NCBI RefSeq assembly: GCF_009914755.1
Contig: NC_060936.1
Direction: 5' to 3' (one strand)
DNA: 64,000 bases
From: the human T2T-CHM13v2.0 reference genome, Homo sapiens
Each line of letters opens with the position of its first letter. Within the stretch, counting starts at the first letter, position 1. Positions 27,825 through 44,710 of the stretch are shown here, piece by piece. Under the pieces are notes generated by a model. It was not told the DNA's origin. It saw nothing but the letters and a program-made list of their open reading frames with translations, and made no database searches. The position numbers were made by a program, and so were the translations under genes.

Positions 27825-28065
27825 AGAAGGAACTACAGAATGATATGACAGATGAGAAGTCCGTTGGAGATGAAAGTTGGGAGCAGACCCAGGAAGGAGA
27901 TGTTGGAGCTCTTTATCATGAGCAGTTAGCATTGAAAACTGACTGTCAGGAAAGACTTGACCACACCAACTTCAGATTCCTGCTCTGGAGAGCTCTGACC
28001 AAATTCCCAGAAAGAGTAGAGCCACGGTCCAGGGAGCTTTCCCCGCTTTTCTTGAGATTTATCAA
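27825..28065 (+). CDS. UTP20: UTP20 exon 21 (KELQNDMT...FLRFI)
   Basis: tgcag| ... |gtaagt; 241 nt, phase 1-2. Confidence 0.95.
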
Positions 28066-28196
28066 GTAAGTTTCCTCTTCTAAGAATATGTCCCTGGTGG
28101 GGCATGAAGAAGAGAATGTGAGAAGTATTAACCTCCCAAAGTGGCTGAGTTCTTTGTTTTTTGCCTTCTTTCTTTCTGCTTCCAATCATCCATTAG

Positions 28197-28601
<405 letters not shown>

Positions 28602-30161
28602 TAACAACTAAACTAGTTTAGTTCACCATTTGATTTTGATCTAAATCAAAATTTAACCAGCACACCAGTGGTATTAATAAAAAATTCCGGGTTACAGTAT
28701 AAGAAGGGCCACACTGAGTTTGATTCATGTAGAAAGGCCTTATTATTTCTTGCCCTGTTATTCATTATTTTATTGCCTGCCTGGGGCTTGAAGGTATTTT
28801 CCAGTGACCCAACAGCAACACTGCTTGGGGCCTCTTGATGTTTCTGCCTATGATGCTGAGGAATAACAAGAGTTTTCTGGAGCATTGTTTTGTTTTAACT
28901 GGATATGCTATGTGAGAGTCTGATTGTATTAAAACTAAAGATGAGGGGTGTGGTGTGCAGAACATTATTAAGTAATACATAAAAAGCATGTTTTCCTATA
29001 GTAGTTTCCTGGGAAAATGCTGTAGGGTTAGGTCAAGCAGGCCATAAACCACAACATGCCTGGCTTGTTCAATGAACAGCAAGATCTGAGTGGTTCTAGC
29101 AGAATGATCCAGGGAGGACATGGTTGGAGATGAGGGCAGAAAGTCAGCAGGAGATGAAAGTGTGTAGGCCTTTAAGTGATAGGAAGGACTTTGGCTCTTT
29201 TGGTGAAATGAGAAGCCATTTGGAGGTTTAAGCAGAAGGCTGACCTGACCTAAGTTTTCTTAAGGATTTTTATGGCTGCTGTGTTGAGAATAGACTGTAG
29301 AATGACATTGGTGAGAGTAGAGAGACCAGTCATGAGGAGATTGCAAGTCCAAGCAAGAAGTGATGGCGACTTAACCAAAGTTATAGCAGTGAAGATGGGT
29401 ATTTTTTGAATGATTTCAATTCGATAAGATAACATTTATGAAAGGTTGCAACTAGATCAGCCTGTGAGATTTGCCAGCAGATCAGATGTGGGACGGGTGT
29501 GTGTGGTGGGGAGTGGGACAGGAAGGAGGGAGGGAAGGAATGGGGGAGGGACAGAATCAAGGATGTTCCCTAAGGCTTTGGCCTGAGCAACTAGAAGAAA
29601 GTTCTCATTTACTGAGATAGGAGGAATGCAGGAGTTGCAGGTCTGTGGGGGAGAATTAAAAGTTCATTTTTAGATGTTTTAAGTTTAGGACACTGAATAA
29701 ATAACCAAGTAGAGTTGTCATGTAGAGAGGCATTTAATTTAGAAGTTCAAAGCTCAAGGGAAAGGTTTGATCTGGAGATAACAAATTGGAAATTATCAAT
29801 ATATGGATGGTATTTTAAATGATCAGATACGGAATAAAGTCATCTAGAGTGTGACTGTAGAGAGAAAAGACTTTCAGGGACTGATACCAATATTTAGAAG
29901 TTGGGAGATAAGGAACCAGCAAAGGAAGCCAGGAAAGAGTGGTAAAAGAAGAAAGACCACTTGCTATCCTGGAAATCAAGTGAAGAGACTAAAGGCGGCA
30001 GTAAACAGTTGACTCAGATGTGTCTGAAAAGTCCATCAGGTGAGGAATAAAGTGACCGTTGGCTTTGGAGTGACCTTAGTCAGAGTGACCCACATGAAGG
30101 TGACCTTAACGAGTTGTTTTGATTAATCTGATAGGGATGACAGCCTAATTAAAATAAGCTT

Positions 30162-30459
<298 letters not shown>

Positions 30460-30603
30460 TCAAGAAAGAGGAAAAGAAAAATGAAAACAGCAAGTTTGGA
30501 CAGTTTTTGTAGTAAAAAAGAAACAGACATAGGGATGTAGGTGGAGGGAAATGCCGGGGCAGAGAGGGAGCTGTTGTCGTTGGGGTTAAGACTTAACAGT
30601 GTT

Positions 30604-30896
30604 GGCTGGGCACAGTGGCTCACACCTATAATCCCAGCACTTTGAGAGGCCTAGGTGGGCAGATCACATGAGGTCAGGAGTTCGAGACCAGCCTAGTGAA
30701 ATCCCGTCTCTACTAAAAATACAAAAATTAGCTGGGCATGGTGGTGCCTGCCTGTAAGTCCCAGCTATTTGGGAGGCTGAGGCAGGAGAATCACATGAAC
30801 CCGGAGGCAGAGGTTGCAGTGAGCCGAGATCGTGCCACGGCACTCCAACCTGGGCAACAGAGACAGAACGAGACTTTGTCTCTGCTCCCAAAAAAA
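30604..30896 (+). mobile_element. AluS
   Basis: Dimer; TSD aagacttaac(a/t)gtgt. Confidence 0.94.
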
Positions 30897-30988
30897 GACT
30901 TAACTGTGTGTGTATGTGATACCAGTGCAAGTGATCCAGACGGGAGGGGAAAATTGGTAATGCAAGAAAGGATAAAATGGCTAGAACT

Positions 30989-31279
<291 letters not shown>

Positions 31280-32569
31280 GGCTAGAACCATGTCTTCAAA
31301 TAGGTAAGAGGAGATGGATACAGTACATAAATTCAAAGGTTTGCATGGATAATTCATTCTGGCAAGGCACAAGCAAAGATATAGCAGGTCAGTAGATATA
31401 GTGGCAGAAAAGCAATGATTTTCTCTTTTTCAAATAATTCTTTGGGCATAAATTTATAGAATAAGAATGATGTTTAGCTTTTTTTGCTTTGTTTTGAGGG
31501 TTATATAAAATAACACTTATCAGTTTTTTGAACTGCAAGGGCTGTACATATGCCAGCTGGCATTTATGGTGTTAGTAGCATATAAACTTCATACCATGTT
31601 AATTTTCCAAGTTTTTCCCTAAAGAATTAGTTTACCCCACGGCTTAAGGATAAGATCTTAGTCTAATGGTACAAGATGCTGTGGGGTAGAGGTAGAAACA
31701 GGAGCCTGTAACAGGGAGTGGGTCTCTGAGTTTAGAAAGATTTAGAGACTAAAGATACACAATTCTAAGGAACGTTTAATACTGGTTGGCATGGATTACC
31801 TATAAATAATACATTTATAGATGATCCGAACTAATGGAAAACCCAAATGTCACCTTTAATTCTGACTTTGAAGTATATTACAGGCTTTTTATTTTTTGGC
31901 TAGCAATTTATATTTCTAAATATGTTTCAATTAATTTGGTATTAGAACTAATTTGTGAATCCCTTGTAAACATTCTCTGAGACGAACCAAACCAGGAACA
32001 AGAACGAATGACTAACAATGGCAACAGCATCCCAATAAAAGGTGACATTTAGTGAGTACTCACTGTGTGCTGGACACTCTTATGGATGCTTTGTGTGAAT
32101 TGTTTTATTTAATAAATGAATGAGTGAACATGCTGTTCACGGAGATAAAGGTTACAGTATGTAATGTGTGGTTAATTGAATGTTGTAAGTATAATAGGTA
32201 TGATATTAAGTGGATGATGGTGCAGTTTGTAACTTATAGAAACTTTACTTGTTTCATTCATCCATTTTTTGATTTATTAAGTGCTAGATTCTGCCAGATG
32301 AAAATACCAAGTACCACAGTGTCCCAGCCCTCAGATTGTAGTTTAGTGTTATCGATCTGGAGGTTAACTTGGGCTAAGCTAGAGTTTCTTTTAGGAGGGT
32401 TGGTAGGGTGCTGTCCTCAAACATGTTATTTTATCCGTGTGTTTTTGAGTGAGGACTTGAAAGGCCATCCAATCAGTTTCCTAGCATCTTTAGCCCAGTG
32501 CCCTGCATTCAATAGACAACAAAAGGTTAATTGTTTGGGTGAGTGAATGAAAGTGACATAAACTAATGC

Positions 32570-32900
32570 ATTAAATGACAGACTTCAAGATAATATTCAT
32601 TAATTGCAACATTGGACTAAAAATAAAGGATGAAATTTAATAAGAACAAAGTGAATACTGTATTAAGCTTAGCTGCACAAGCTTAGTTTAGAGAGATAAA
32701 ACATAAAGACTCACTGATTTTCATTACATGGACATTCAGTTTCAATCTTTGTCATGTTGTGGCTGCTCAAAAAAGTTCTGGAGATGGTAGTTCCATCTGT
32801 CTTATCAATCCATACCTGGAGGACTAAATTTTGTGGTGGTACTATATTTTCAAGAGAACTTTGGCAAAGTAGAATGTATCTGATGGAAAGTGACCAGCAC
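32570..32900 (+). mobile_element. Possible L3/CR1 fragment
   Basis: aggatgaaatttaataag...ctgcacaag...tgtggctgctcaaaaaag resembles CR1/L3; very diverged. Confidence 0.45.
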
Positions 32901-33262
32901 AGTCCTAATGCTATACTTTAATCATTTAATATCATCCATCCCTAACCCCTCATCCCCCAGTGGTGGTTCCAGAGACAGGGAGGCTGATTTCCACTTAGTC
33001 CAAAATAGACATTTCAAATATTTTCAACAGTATAACAGTGGAATGGGCTATCTTCTACAGTTAGTGAATCGCTTGTCAAATAGCATACTAAAGAAGGACC
33101 AAGTTAGGAAAGAGTAATATTGTGGAAGCTTGCCTAAGGTACCACTATGTCTCTTCAGTGTGTGATTCTGTGAACTGTGGACATCTCTCATGAACAGAAT
33201 CAGCACCTTTCAGATTGGTGTGCGTTCTTCATCAGTATCCTGTGACTTTCTTTCCACGGTAG

Positions 33263-33448
33263 CAATGAGTATTACCCAGCAGATCTGCAAGTTGCTCCAA
33301 CCCAGGATCTACGGAGAAAAGGCAAAGGGATGGTGGCAGAGGAAATCGAAGAGGAACCTGCCGCAGGAGATGATGAAGAGTTGGAGGAAGAGGCAGTGCC
33401 CCAAGATGAATCCTCACAGAAGAAAAAGACGAGGAGAGCTGCAGCAAA
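33263..33448 (+). CDS. UTP20: UTP20 exon 22 (NEYYPADL...acidic tract...KKKTRRAAA)
   Basis: ggtag| ... |gtaagt; 186 nt, phase 2-2. Confidence 0.95.
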
Positions 33449-34206
33449 GTAAGTTCACCATTGCTGAAAGATCACAGATCCACAGTTCTGGGAGGAACAG
33501 GAAGAGGTCTCTTACGGCTTTATACAAAATCAACTACTCAGATAATTATTTACGTAAGCGCTACATCTTCCTGGGATTTTCTTTAACAGCCTAAAACTGT
33601 CAGGCTTCCAAGTTTTTTGGTTGATTACTTATTAGTTTTTTCTTGGTTAGCTACATAATGTTAGATTGGGGGACTTTTGAGAGTCATCTAATTGTAGCTC
33701 CTTTTTATAGATGAGAACTTTGGGACCTGGAGTGTTTGGATATTCTTTTGACCTTTGTCGTGCACTTTCCCAGCGTGAGGGTATTGTGTTTGCATGCTAG
33801 GGGAACATGTAATGGAACATCCTTTTTCTTAAAAATAAGCATGTTAGCAATTTTTTTTTCCTTCCACCCACCTTCCCCACCATCCTGTTAGCACTTTTCT
33901 CTGCCTTTTAACTTGCCTTCTACTGGTTACTTTTTTCTCATGCTGTTGTTATACTCTCTTTCTTATTCTTTTAGTTGTTCATTTACCTAAATTGTTAGAA
34001 ACCTAAAAGAAGAAGTGATCATGCTTTTAGAAGTTACTTCAGCTTACTTGATGATTGTCTGAATTGAGTGTCTCAGGTCCACTGGATTGGTGCAAATATT
34101 ATTTTAACACTTTAGATCTCAATCTGATATGCCCATTTGTTGCGTATTTCCCCTGAGCCATTTATTAGTTCATCCATTCAACAACTGTATTGAGTACCCT
34201 TTGCTA

Positions 34207-34686
<480 letters not shown>

Positions 34687-34775
34687 CTAGAACCAAGAAA
34701 GTCTTGTCCACTAACAGAAATAGTGTATGAAGCACAGGGGCAGGAAAGATTATGGCCAGCCTTCATGTCACTATA

Positions 34776-34857
34776 CAATACTCTCCCCTTATCCATGGTT
34801 TCACTTCCCACGATTTCAGTTACCCATGGTCAACCACAGTCTGAAAATATTCAGATA
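34776..34857 (+). mobile_element. MER44/Tigger terminal fragment
   Basis: ccccttatccatggtttcacttcccacgatttcagttacccatggtcaaccacagtctgaaaatatt. Confidence 0.75.
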
Positions 34858-35331
34858 TATTTCTTCTTCCTTGTTGGTGAGCAACAGCCATTGGTTGCCT
34901 TAACCTGGACCTCTGTTGCCTGACATCTGTATTTACATTATAATAAAGTGAGGGAGAATATATTCTACTACTTTCCTGTCTGCCACATAGAACCTAGACA
35001 AGGAATAATTCCAAAAATCATCTGAGTTCAATTTTGGAATATTTTACTAGTTTGGTTACTTTCTAATTTTTGTTCAATTTAAACCATTCTGAGCACACAC
35101 TGAATGATTTTTTGGTGTGGAGAACCTGAATTTTAGGGACAGGCCTGCCCAAAATATGGGATTTCTGGAGAATAATTTCCTAAATGTAAATAACTAAGCC
35201 TTGTTTATATAATAGTGAAACTATAGGCGGGGTGTTTGAAGTTCTAGTCAGAATAAAATTGTAGATGTCAGTTTAAGAAAATGATCTCAATTCTTTAATT
35301 CTGTAACACTCTCTGTTTTGTTTTTGTTTAG

Positions 35332-35422
35332 GCAATTAATTGCTCATTTGCAAGTTTTCTCTAAATTTTCAAATCCACGGGCCTTATATCTGGAATCCAA
35401 ACTATATGAGTTATATCTTCAG
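35332..35422 (+). CDS. UTP20: UTP20 exon 23 (QLIAHLQV...ELYLQ)
   Basis: tttag| ... |gtcagt; 91 nt, phase 2-0; near the start of the DRIM-type conserved domain (from recall). Confidence 0.95.
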
Positions 35423-36002
35423 GTCAGTAAAATAAACTCTTGGCATTATAATTCTTTGTGAACTTTTCTCTATCATTTTCTTTGTCAGAGTAGCTTAGAT
35501 TTTCAATAATTGCTGAATAGGGCCCATGTCTACATTTTAAGTATTAAAGCCTTTTTTTTTTTAATTAATAGACATATTTTCTGTTATCTTGAGAAACAAT
35601 TTTAGCACTAACTTAGCTGATTTTGAAGGCATTTTGGGTGACTAAACATTGATTGGCTGTGTCAACAGTGAGAATAGCAAAGCATGAATTATATCATGGA
35701 AATTAGCTTTTAGAAGGGAGTAGGGTTTATACAAAAAAACAAGTGACTACTTTTCCCTTCTAGTTTAGTCAGACTTCATAGAGGACTGGGATTTCAGGAT
35801 CTATTGTAGTCCATTGCAGTCATAATTACGTGGCCCTGAATTTCAGATAAGCTTGCAGAAAAAAATTAATATCAGAAATGAAGTAAGCATTGGATGTAAT
35901 TCTAAGCCATCTGGGGAAACAAAATTTTCATTTTTCATTTGGATGTTTCTTCTGGCATCTTATTGACTATCATTACCTTCATAGGATAAGAGATTTTCCT
36001 TA

Positions 36003-36503
<501 letters not shown>

Positions 36504-36638
36504 TTAGCAATCAGGTTTAGGTCTTGTGTAAAAATTTAGAATTTTTCAAATCTCATTTAGCAAATAACCACAAGTAAATTGCTATCCTATGGTATATGTA
36601 TATATGACTTCATTAATTCTGTAAAATACTGTTCTTAG

Positions 36639-36724
36639 TTGTTGCTACACCAAGATCAAATGGTGCAAAAAATAACCTTGGATTGCATAATGACATATAA
36701 ACATCCTCATGTCCTCCCTTACAG
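36639..36724 (+). CDS. UTP20: UTP20 exon 24 (LLLHQDQM...VLPY)
   Basis: cttag| ... |gtaagt; 86 nt, phase 0-2. Confidence 0.95.
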
Positions 36725-37290
36725 GTAAGTTACTTGAAGCTTAAAGAACTGCTATTTCTTCAGCTGATTTTTATATTTCTGCCTAAGAGCCTCTTCTAGA
36801 ATAATTTATTAAAGGCCTAGAAAGTTTCCCTTTTTTCTGAGGTCATCGTATTTCCAAGCAAGAAATGAAAACGAGTAGTATATTTGTTGGGTTGTTCTCC
36901 ATGATACTAAAATAGAGAATGTTAATTTTAAAACTGTGTTGTAAATATTATGTCATTTTCCTCTTCTTATTAATATAATGCCATAGAATCTTGGTGGTTA
37001 CTTAGAGAATCAAAGTCACTCTAAGAACTGAGGAAAGCTTTTTGTATCATGCTTTTTTAAACAGCTGAGTTATGGACAGAATCTAATCTTTTCTAATCCG
37101 TTATACCTTTTGAAATGTACAAATCTGTCATTTTAGGAGATTTTTTTGAGGATTTTCCTTTATGGATATCAACCATAATATGTACTATATACCTTATTTT
37201 AGTTATTACTCTGTGTACATATTTCACTCTTTCATTATTCAAAAGCACTGTTGATAAAGTGGTGATTTGTGCTGTTCTCTGTTTTTAAAG

Positions 37291-37416
37291 GGAAAACTTA
37301 CAAAGGTTGCTTGAAGACAGAAGCTTTAAGGAAGAGATAGTGCATTTTAGCATTTCAGAAGATAATGCTGTAGTGAAAACAGCCCACCGAGCAGATCTAT
37401 TTCCTATTCTGATGAG
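37291..37416 (+). CDS. UTP20: UTP20 exon 25 (ENLQRLLE...PILM)
   Basis: taaag| ... |gtattt; 126 nt, phase 2-2. Confidence 0.94.
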
Positions 37417-37447
37417 GTATTTATGCTGTTCAAACACTGATTTTTAA

Positions 37448-37706
<259 letters not shown>

Positions 37707-37777
37707 TGAATTGTACCTTTGGGAGAAGCCAAATTGTTATAGAGACTAAATTTTGTTCCTAACATAAAGAAAGATCT

Positions 37778-38083
<306 letters not shown>

Positions 38084-39622
38084 TAAAGAAGATCTTACCA
38101 TAGTATTATTGTGACAATAATATAATTAAATTTAATATTTTCCTAAATTTTACTGTTGAGATACAGTAGAAATATTTCACTCTGTTTTCCAAATATCATG
38201 TGATATTTAATGATGTTATTATTCCTTTAATTATAAATGGTAGAGCAAAAAGATGATCCATAAATAATACAAAGTTTATATATGCTGGGTATAAAGAAAA
38301 ATGAAGCTTAAATCTTTCATCTCACCAGCTCTGGAATGATGAGAATTGGAAAGATCATGGGATTGGGATTTAACAGGTTTGCTTTTGGTCCAGCCCCCTA
38401 CTGTGTAGTTCTATCAGATAGAGAAAGTCTTTTAGATCCACTGGGCTTCTGTTTCCTTAATAGGAGCTGGTTCAGATATGCTCAGGGACTCTGCTAGCAC
38501 TTATCTAATGGCTCTGTTTAGTTCCATTTGTAGCCAGCATTAAGATTCCATTTATAGCAAGCTTTAAGAACTTTACTATAATAGACATAAAAATATTTGA
38601 GGGAGTGAATAAGTGAATATACAAAATTACAGTTATTGGTGGATTACAGAAACAATAAAAATAGAAAGCAGAAATCATCTTATATCCAAACACTCAAAAA
38701 TAACTATCAACTTTATAATCTCAAAAACAATAGTAAATAGGAAACATCCGCAATACTTGTATATTTTAAATTTCTAAGAGTAAAAAGCAGATGGTTGTAT
38801 GAAGTCCAGAGTAGTTGAATACAAGCTACCAAAAAACATCTAAATAATACACCCATACAAGTTTTTGAAAGAAAATTGAGATGATATTTTATAAAACGTT
38901 TTATAACCTTTTTTCACTTAATATTTTACAAGAATTTTCTTAGATCATGAAATGTTTCAAAATGTGATTCTTCATCATATAGACAAGCTGTCATTTACTT
39001 GTGTTGAGCATTTTGCCTGTCTGTAGTTTTTGTTGTTTATTTTGGTTTTTTTGCAAAATAGAAAATCTTACATTGAATACCTATAAATCTTATTCGATTG
39101 ATGGATTAGAATAGATTCTTGATAGGAAAATTGATGAAAATTTTAAAACTTTTTGGTGTATATTACCAAATTGTTGTTCAGAACTACTTCTTTCCAACCA
39201 TAAGTTTGAACCACTTTATATTCCTACCAGCAGTAGGATGCCTGTTTCACACCATTCCAACACTAGGGTGTTTGTTGTTATTATTTTTTGATTGTTTTAA
39301 TTCTTGCTAATTTGTCAGTGATAAATGATATCATGTTGTATGACTTCACATATTTTAGGTTTACTAGTGAAGATGAATTGTTTTAAAAGATTATGGGTCA
39401 TTTGTGTTTATTTTCTCATGAAATTTTTTTTTAATGTCTGACAACTTGTATTTTCTAAAACCAGGTAAATAATATTCCTCTCTGTTTTCTTCTCATTCTG
39501 TTTGTTTTAATTTGATTATTTTATTCATCTGGAATTTATTTTGATGTATGAAATGAAGTAAGGATTAAACCTAATTTCTTTCCAAATAGTGTTACCCAAT
39601 TGTCGCAATACCATTTCACTTA

Positions 39623-39964
<342 letters not shown>

Positions 39965-39997
39965 TTAAAAAAGTCTAAACTTTCTCTACTGATTTGA

Positions 39998-40365
<368 letters not shown>

Positions 40366-41149
40366 GAGTGCCACTTTTAATATGCACTAAATATCCATGT
40401 ATAATTGACTCTTCAGTTGGCTTTTGCTGGTTTTACATTAATCTGCCTTGTTCCAATTCTGCACTGGTTTGTTTATAATAACAATCACAAATCTCATTAG
40501 TCCTTTCTTTCCAAAATATTTTGGTTTTTTCTAGAATCTAGATGAACATTTACTTTGATTTTCCCAAAGTAATTTCCCCTTTTGATTTGAGGAGAAGTTG
40601 CATCAGTATTTATATTCATTTATTCAAATCATTCCTTTTTTGTAGTCTTTCAATAAAGTGTTTTCATTTTATAACTACGTTTTGTTCTTGTAGAGGGAAT
40701 TTTCCATTTTATATTTTTTAGCTTATTTTTGCTACATAACTAATTATATATAAAAGCTATTGATTTTTGTGTTATTTAGCCATCCACATGACAAAACTTT
40801 TATTAGCGTTAGTAGTTGTCATTGGGTTTTCTTGTATTTTCTCTATTAAAAAAATCACAAATGGTAATAGCAGTCACAGATTATGTTAGTCCCCTGTTTA
40901 CAAACCTTTTGACATCTCATTTTACTCAGAATATAATAGAAAGTCCTTACTGCTACCTACAGGGCTTGATATGGTGGCTTCAAATGATATCTATAACCAT
41001 ATTTCTTCCTGTTTACCACCTCTCTCAGAACCCACTTTAAATTCTTTGCACTTGCTCATCCCTCTGCATAGAAGACATGCCAGCTGACATCTCATTCATT
41101 TGGTCTCATCTCAAATGTGTCCTTATCAGCGATGCCTTCTTCAAGTAGT

Positions 41150-41940
41150 TTGAGCCTCTGCTGCTGGCCAAAAGTTTTTTATGCTACTACTACTAAGACA
41201 TTATCTTTTTCACTGTGTTGACATTTGTACTGACAAGGCAAAAACAATGGTGGGTAAAACTCCTAGTACCCTAGCACATGAATCAAGACGGTGGCACCAA
41301 ATTCTACTAGTCATTCTTCATTGCCACATACTTGGAGTTATTTAACAAACAAACACACTTGATGAGTCTTGACCCTGAGTACATGTATGATAAAGTGGGA
41401 AGAATGCATAAAATACTTTTGCTGTGCATGGGCTGTCTCAATGAATGGCACCCGTGTGAGTATTTGATGTACAAGCTGAACTAGCTACTTTTCTTATTTG
41501 TAAGACATATACGCTAGGATTCTTTTCACAGGCATTTTCTTGAACATGAACGCAGTGAGCCTGCCACTTCAAGGAAAACAACTGTCAGCATTTATTTCCA
41601 ATAACTAAATTCTAGCATTCAAGTGGAAATTAGGATTGGAGAAAACTTTTATCTGGTACTATGAACCTGACATCTTCCCAATGCTTAAAGACTTTTCTGA
41701 TGAGATGATTAATGATATTAACAAATGTTAATAAACAAATTTCTTTTTTTGGTTTGCAGTGAAATGTGTCAACATTTGACATTTCTGCATAACTTAGTAA
41801 ACGAATATTTTCCAAGTAACTGATGCATGTAATAGTATCATGTATGGGTAAAAGATTCATTCAAAGTGCAAGATAGATGGATTTTAGTGTAACAGAGTTC
41901 ATCAAGTTTGTTGAACATATATTAAAATGATTATATTAAC
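41150..41940. mobile_element. Charlie1-family hAT transposon internal fragment
   Basis: tcactgtgttgacatttgtactga...gcaaaaacaatggtgggtaaaact...gctgaactagctactttt...gtgagcctgccacttcaaggaaaacaactg. Confidence 0.8.
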
Positions 41941-42534
41941 TTTTACCAGGAACGATTAATCTGTATTAATCTAGTAGATTTTACTAATGACTCTTTCTTG
42001 CATTTCCTGGGGCAATCCTTATTTGATTTCAGTGCAGCACTGGATACTATAGTTACAAATGTTGTATTTTATGTTTGTAAGCAAGATTGGCATGTAGTTT
42101 TATTTTCATTAACCCTTCTCAATATCACAATTATGCCACATTAATAAATGAGAAAAGACTGTTTCCCTCTTTCTCTCTGCTATGAAACTTCATAGCATAG
42201 AAATTATTTTTTTTCCTTGAAAGTTTAAAAAGCCCACTTGTAAACTGTATTAGCTTTGTGTTTTCCAATAAGTATCGGTCTCTGTGGGTTTTCTTCTCAA
42301 GTTCCTTTTATTTATTTATATTTATGTGTTTTTTCCTGAAAATTAGCTTTTTCATTGAACTGTTTCCAGCTTCCTTATTTTACTTACAGTTGTATTCTCT
42401 TATTTCCTTTTAATCTATATATTCTCATTTTCATTTTTTCTTCATTAGACTTACCTTTGATTTGCCTACTTTTTCTCCCATAACAAACCACCTTCTGGCC
42501 TTTGTCCTTCCTGCTTCCCTTAGCTTTGTTTTTT

Positions 42535-42685
42535 GTTGTGTTTTGTTTGAATTTTTGAATTTTTTTATAGAGACGTGGTCTCACTAAGTTGCCCAGGCTG
42601 GCTTTAAACTCCTGAGCTCAAGTGATCCTCTGGCCTCAGCCCCTCAGGTAGCTGGGACTACAGGCACGTAGCACTGCACCCAGCT
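42535..42685 (-). mobile_element. FLAM
   Basis: Antisense Alu left monomer. Confidence 0.85.
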
Positions 42686-42877
42686 CTCTTAGCCTTATTT
42701 TGTTGTTGACTTTTTTCATTGTCTGTGTTAAATATCTAATTTCTATTTTCATGTTTCTGTGTTTTATAATATATCCATTTAAATCTATTGAGTTGCTCTT
42801 CTAGCCTTTTAGGCAAATAAAACAACTCATATTTTAGAATTAATGTGCAAACAAATAATGTGCTTTTGCCTTTTCAG

Positions 42878-43044
42878 AATTTTGTATGGGCGAATGAAGA
42901 ATAAGACTGGGAGTAAAACTCAGGGGAAATCTGCTTCAGGCACCCGCATGGCCATTGTCCTGCGGTTCCTGGCCGGGACCCAACCTGAGGAGATCCAGAT
43001 ATTCTTAGACCTGCTGTTTGAACCTGTGAGGCATTTCAAGAATG
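42878..43044 (+). CDS. UTP20: UTP20 exon 26 (ILYGRMKN...RHFKN)
   Basis: ttcag| ... |gtaact; 167 nt, phase 2-1. Confidence 0.95.
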
Positions 43045-43609
43045 GTAACTATCAGCTACCTCTCACTCTAATACCTGTTGTCTGCGGTGGACTTCTCACA
43101 TCTCAGGCTACATTTCCCATGCTCCTGGGCGTCTTTCTAACAGGGTTGTTCCTCCCAATCTTGATGGCAATCTTTTTGCTGAAGTGCAACTCATTTTAAA
43201 CTTCAATTAAATTGCGTGAAACTGACTGTTGGCCCTGTGGATTATCGGCACCCTTGTGTTAGAGCCCCTGATGAGAAATGTGTATTTTTATTGCATATTT
43301 AGGCCATTTGAAAAATGGTTATTACTTACCCATATAATACAAAGAATAGGTTTCTTCTAAGAAATTCAAAGCACACTGCAAATTAATCTTAATTGTTTGG
43401 CATTTATTCATTCCCTGAGTCATTCATCTATTCGGTAATGATTTATTGAATACCTCCTGTGCCCTGGACACTCTGTTAAGTTAAAAATAGAAAAGTACAA
43501 TCTCTGCCCTCAACCTGATAGTTGAGATGAAATGGATGTAATCGTGTATACATTGAGCTAGAGTGCTCTGTGGTATGTTCTTTGGTATGCAGTGTCAGTA
43601 ATTATTAAT

Positions 43610-43870
43610 AACAGTAATGACTAACATGTATTGAGTGCTTACTTTATGCCAGATGTTATGACAGACCCATTTACTTATAACTTATAACTGAGTTGATCCT
43701 TCAGACAATCAACCACATGAGCTGTCATTACTTGATTATCCCCATTTTACACATGGGGAAACTTAGGCTTAGAAAGGTATTTCACCCATCGTAACTCAGA
43801 TGAAAAGTGGTAGAGTTGGGATTCAAACTCAGACCTTTCTGGTTATGAAACCTCTGTTCCAGTCCCCAAA
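43610..43870 (-). mobile_element. MIR
   Basis: tattgagtgcttactttatgccag...ccccattttacacatggggaaacttaggcttaga...ggattcaaactcag. Confidence 0.8.
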
Positions 43871-44380
43871 TTGCTTTGCTTGAGGCCAAACATAGAGAAT
43901 TATTTATAGGGTATTCTGTTGCATTTGTTTTTGTATTTTTTCTATGATAATAGGTCCAGCTGTTAACAGGTTTTTCATTCAGTATAATATTGCCCTGTAA
44001 AGGAGGTTGGCTCTGATGAATGCCAAAAAAAGTTTCTGTTCAATGTATAACTCCCACTGTAGGAGGTAGGTATAGATGATACTCTTATGGATGGCCCGTT
44101 TGGGTGTATGAATCCATAAGCTCATGACCTCACATCAGATGGTTTGAAATAAAGGTCAAGCAATAACAATTCATATCTTTTCAGTAAATTTTGAAATTAA
44201 TATGGCAGCAGCTGTTTATAAGGGACTCTGATTTTATTTACTAACTAGGATTTACAAGAGAAATAAAACTTGATTCTCAGCCTTCAAGGAACTTGTAATA
44301 CAGAAAGTTACTTCTAGTGAAACTGCCAAACTCAGTAGAGCTGAATGAAATGGAAAGTAAGAAAAGTGTATAGAAAGTTA

Positions 44381-44710
<330 letters not shown>

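Noticed and set aside
32124-32546. 140-aa non-Alu ORF in intron 21
   Set aside because: Non-ATG start, overlaps MIR/L2 debris, no recognisable protein features or flanking splice signals
33190-33594. 134-aa ORF overlapping exon 22 in another frame
   Set aside because: Explained by the purine-rich, stop-poor exon composition; no promoter or splice support
41150-41940. Charlie1 transposase as a possibly domesticated gene
   Set aside because: No long ORF in the track; the fragment is heavily deleted and interrupted
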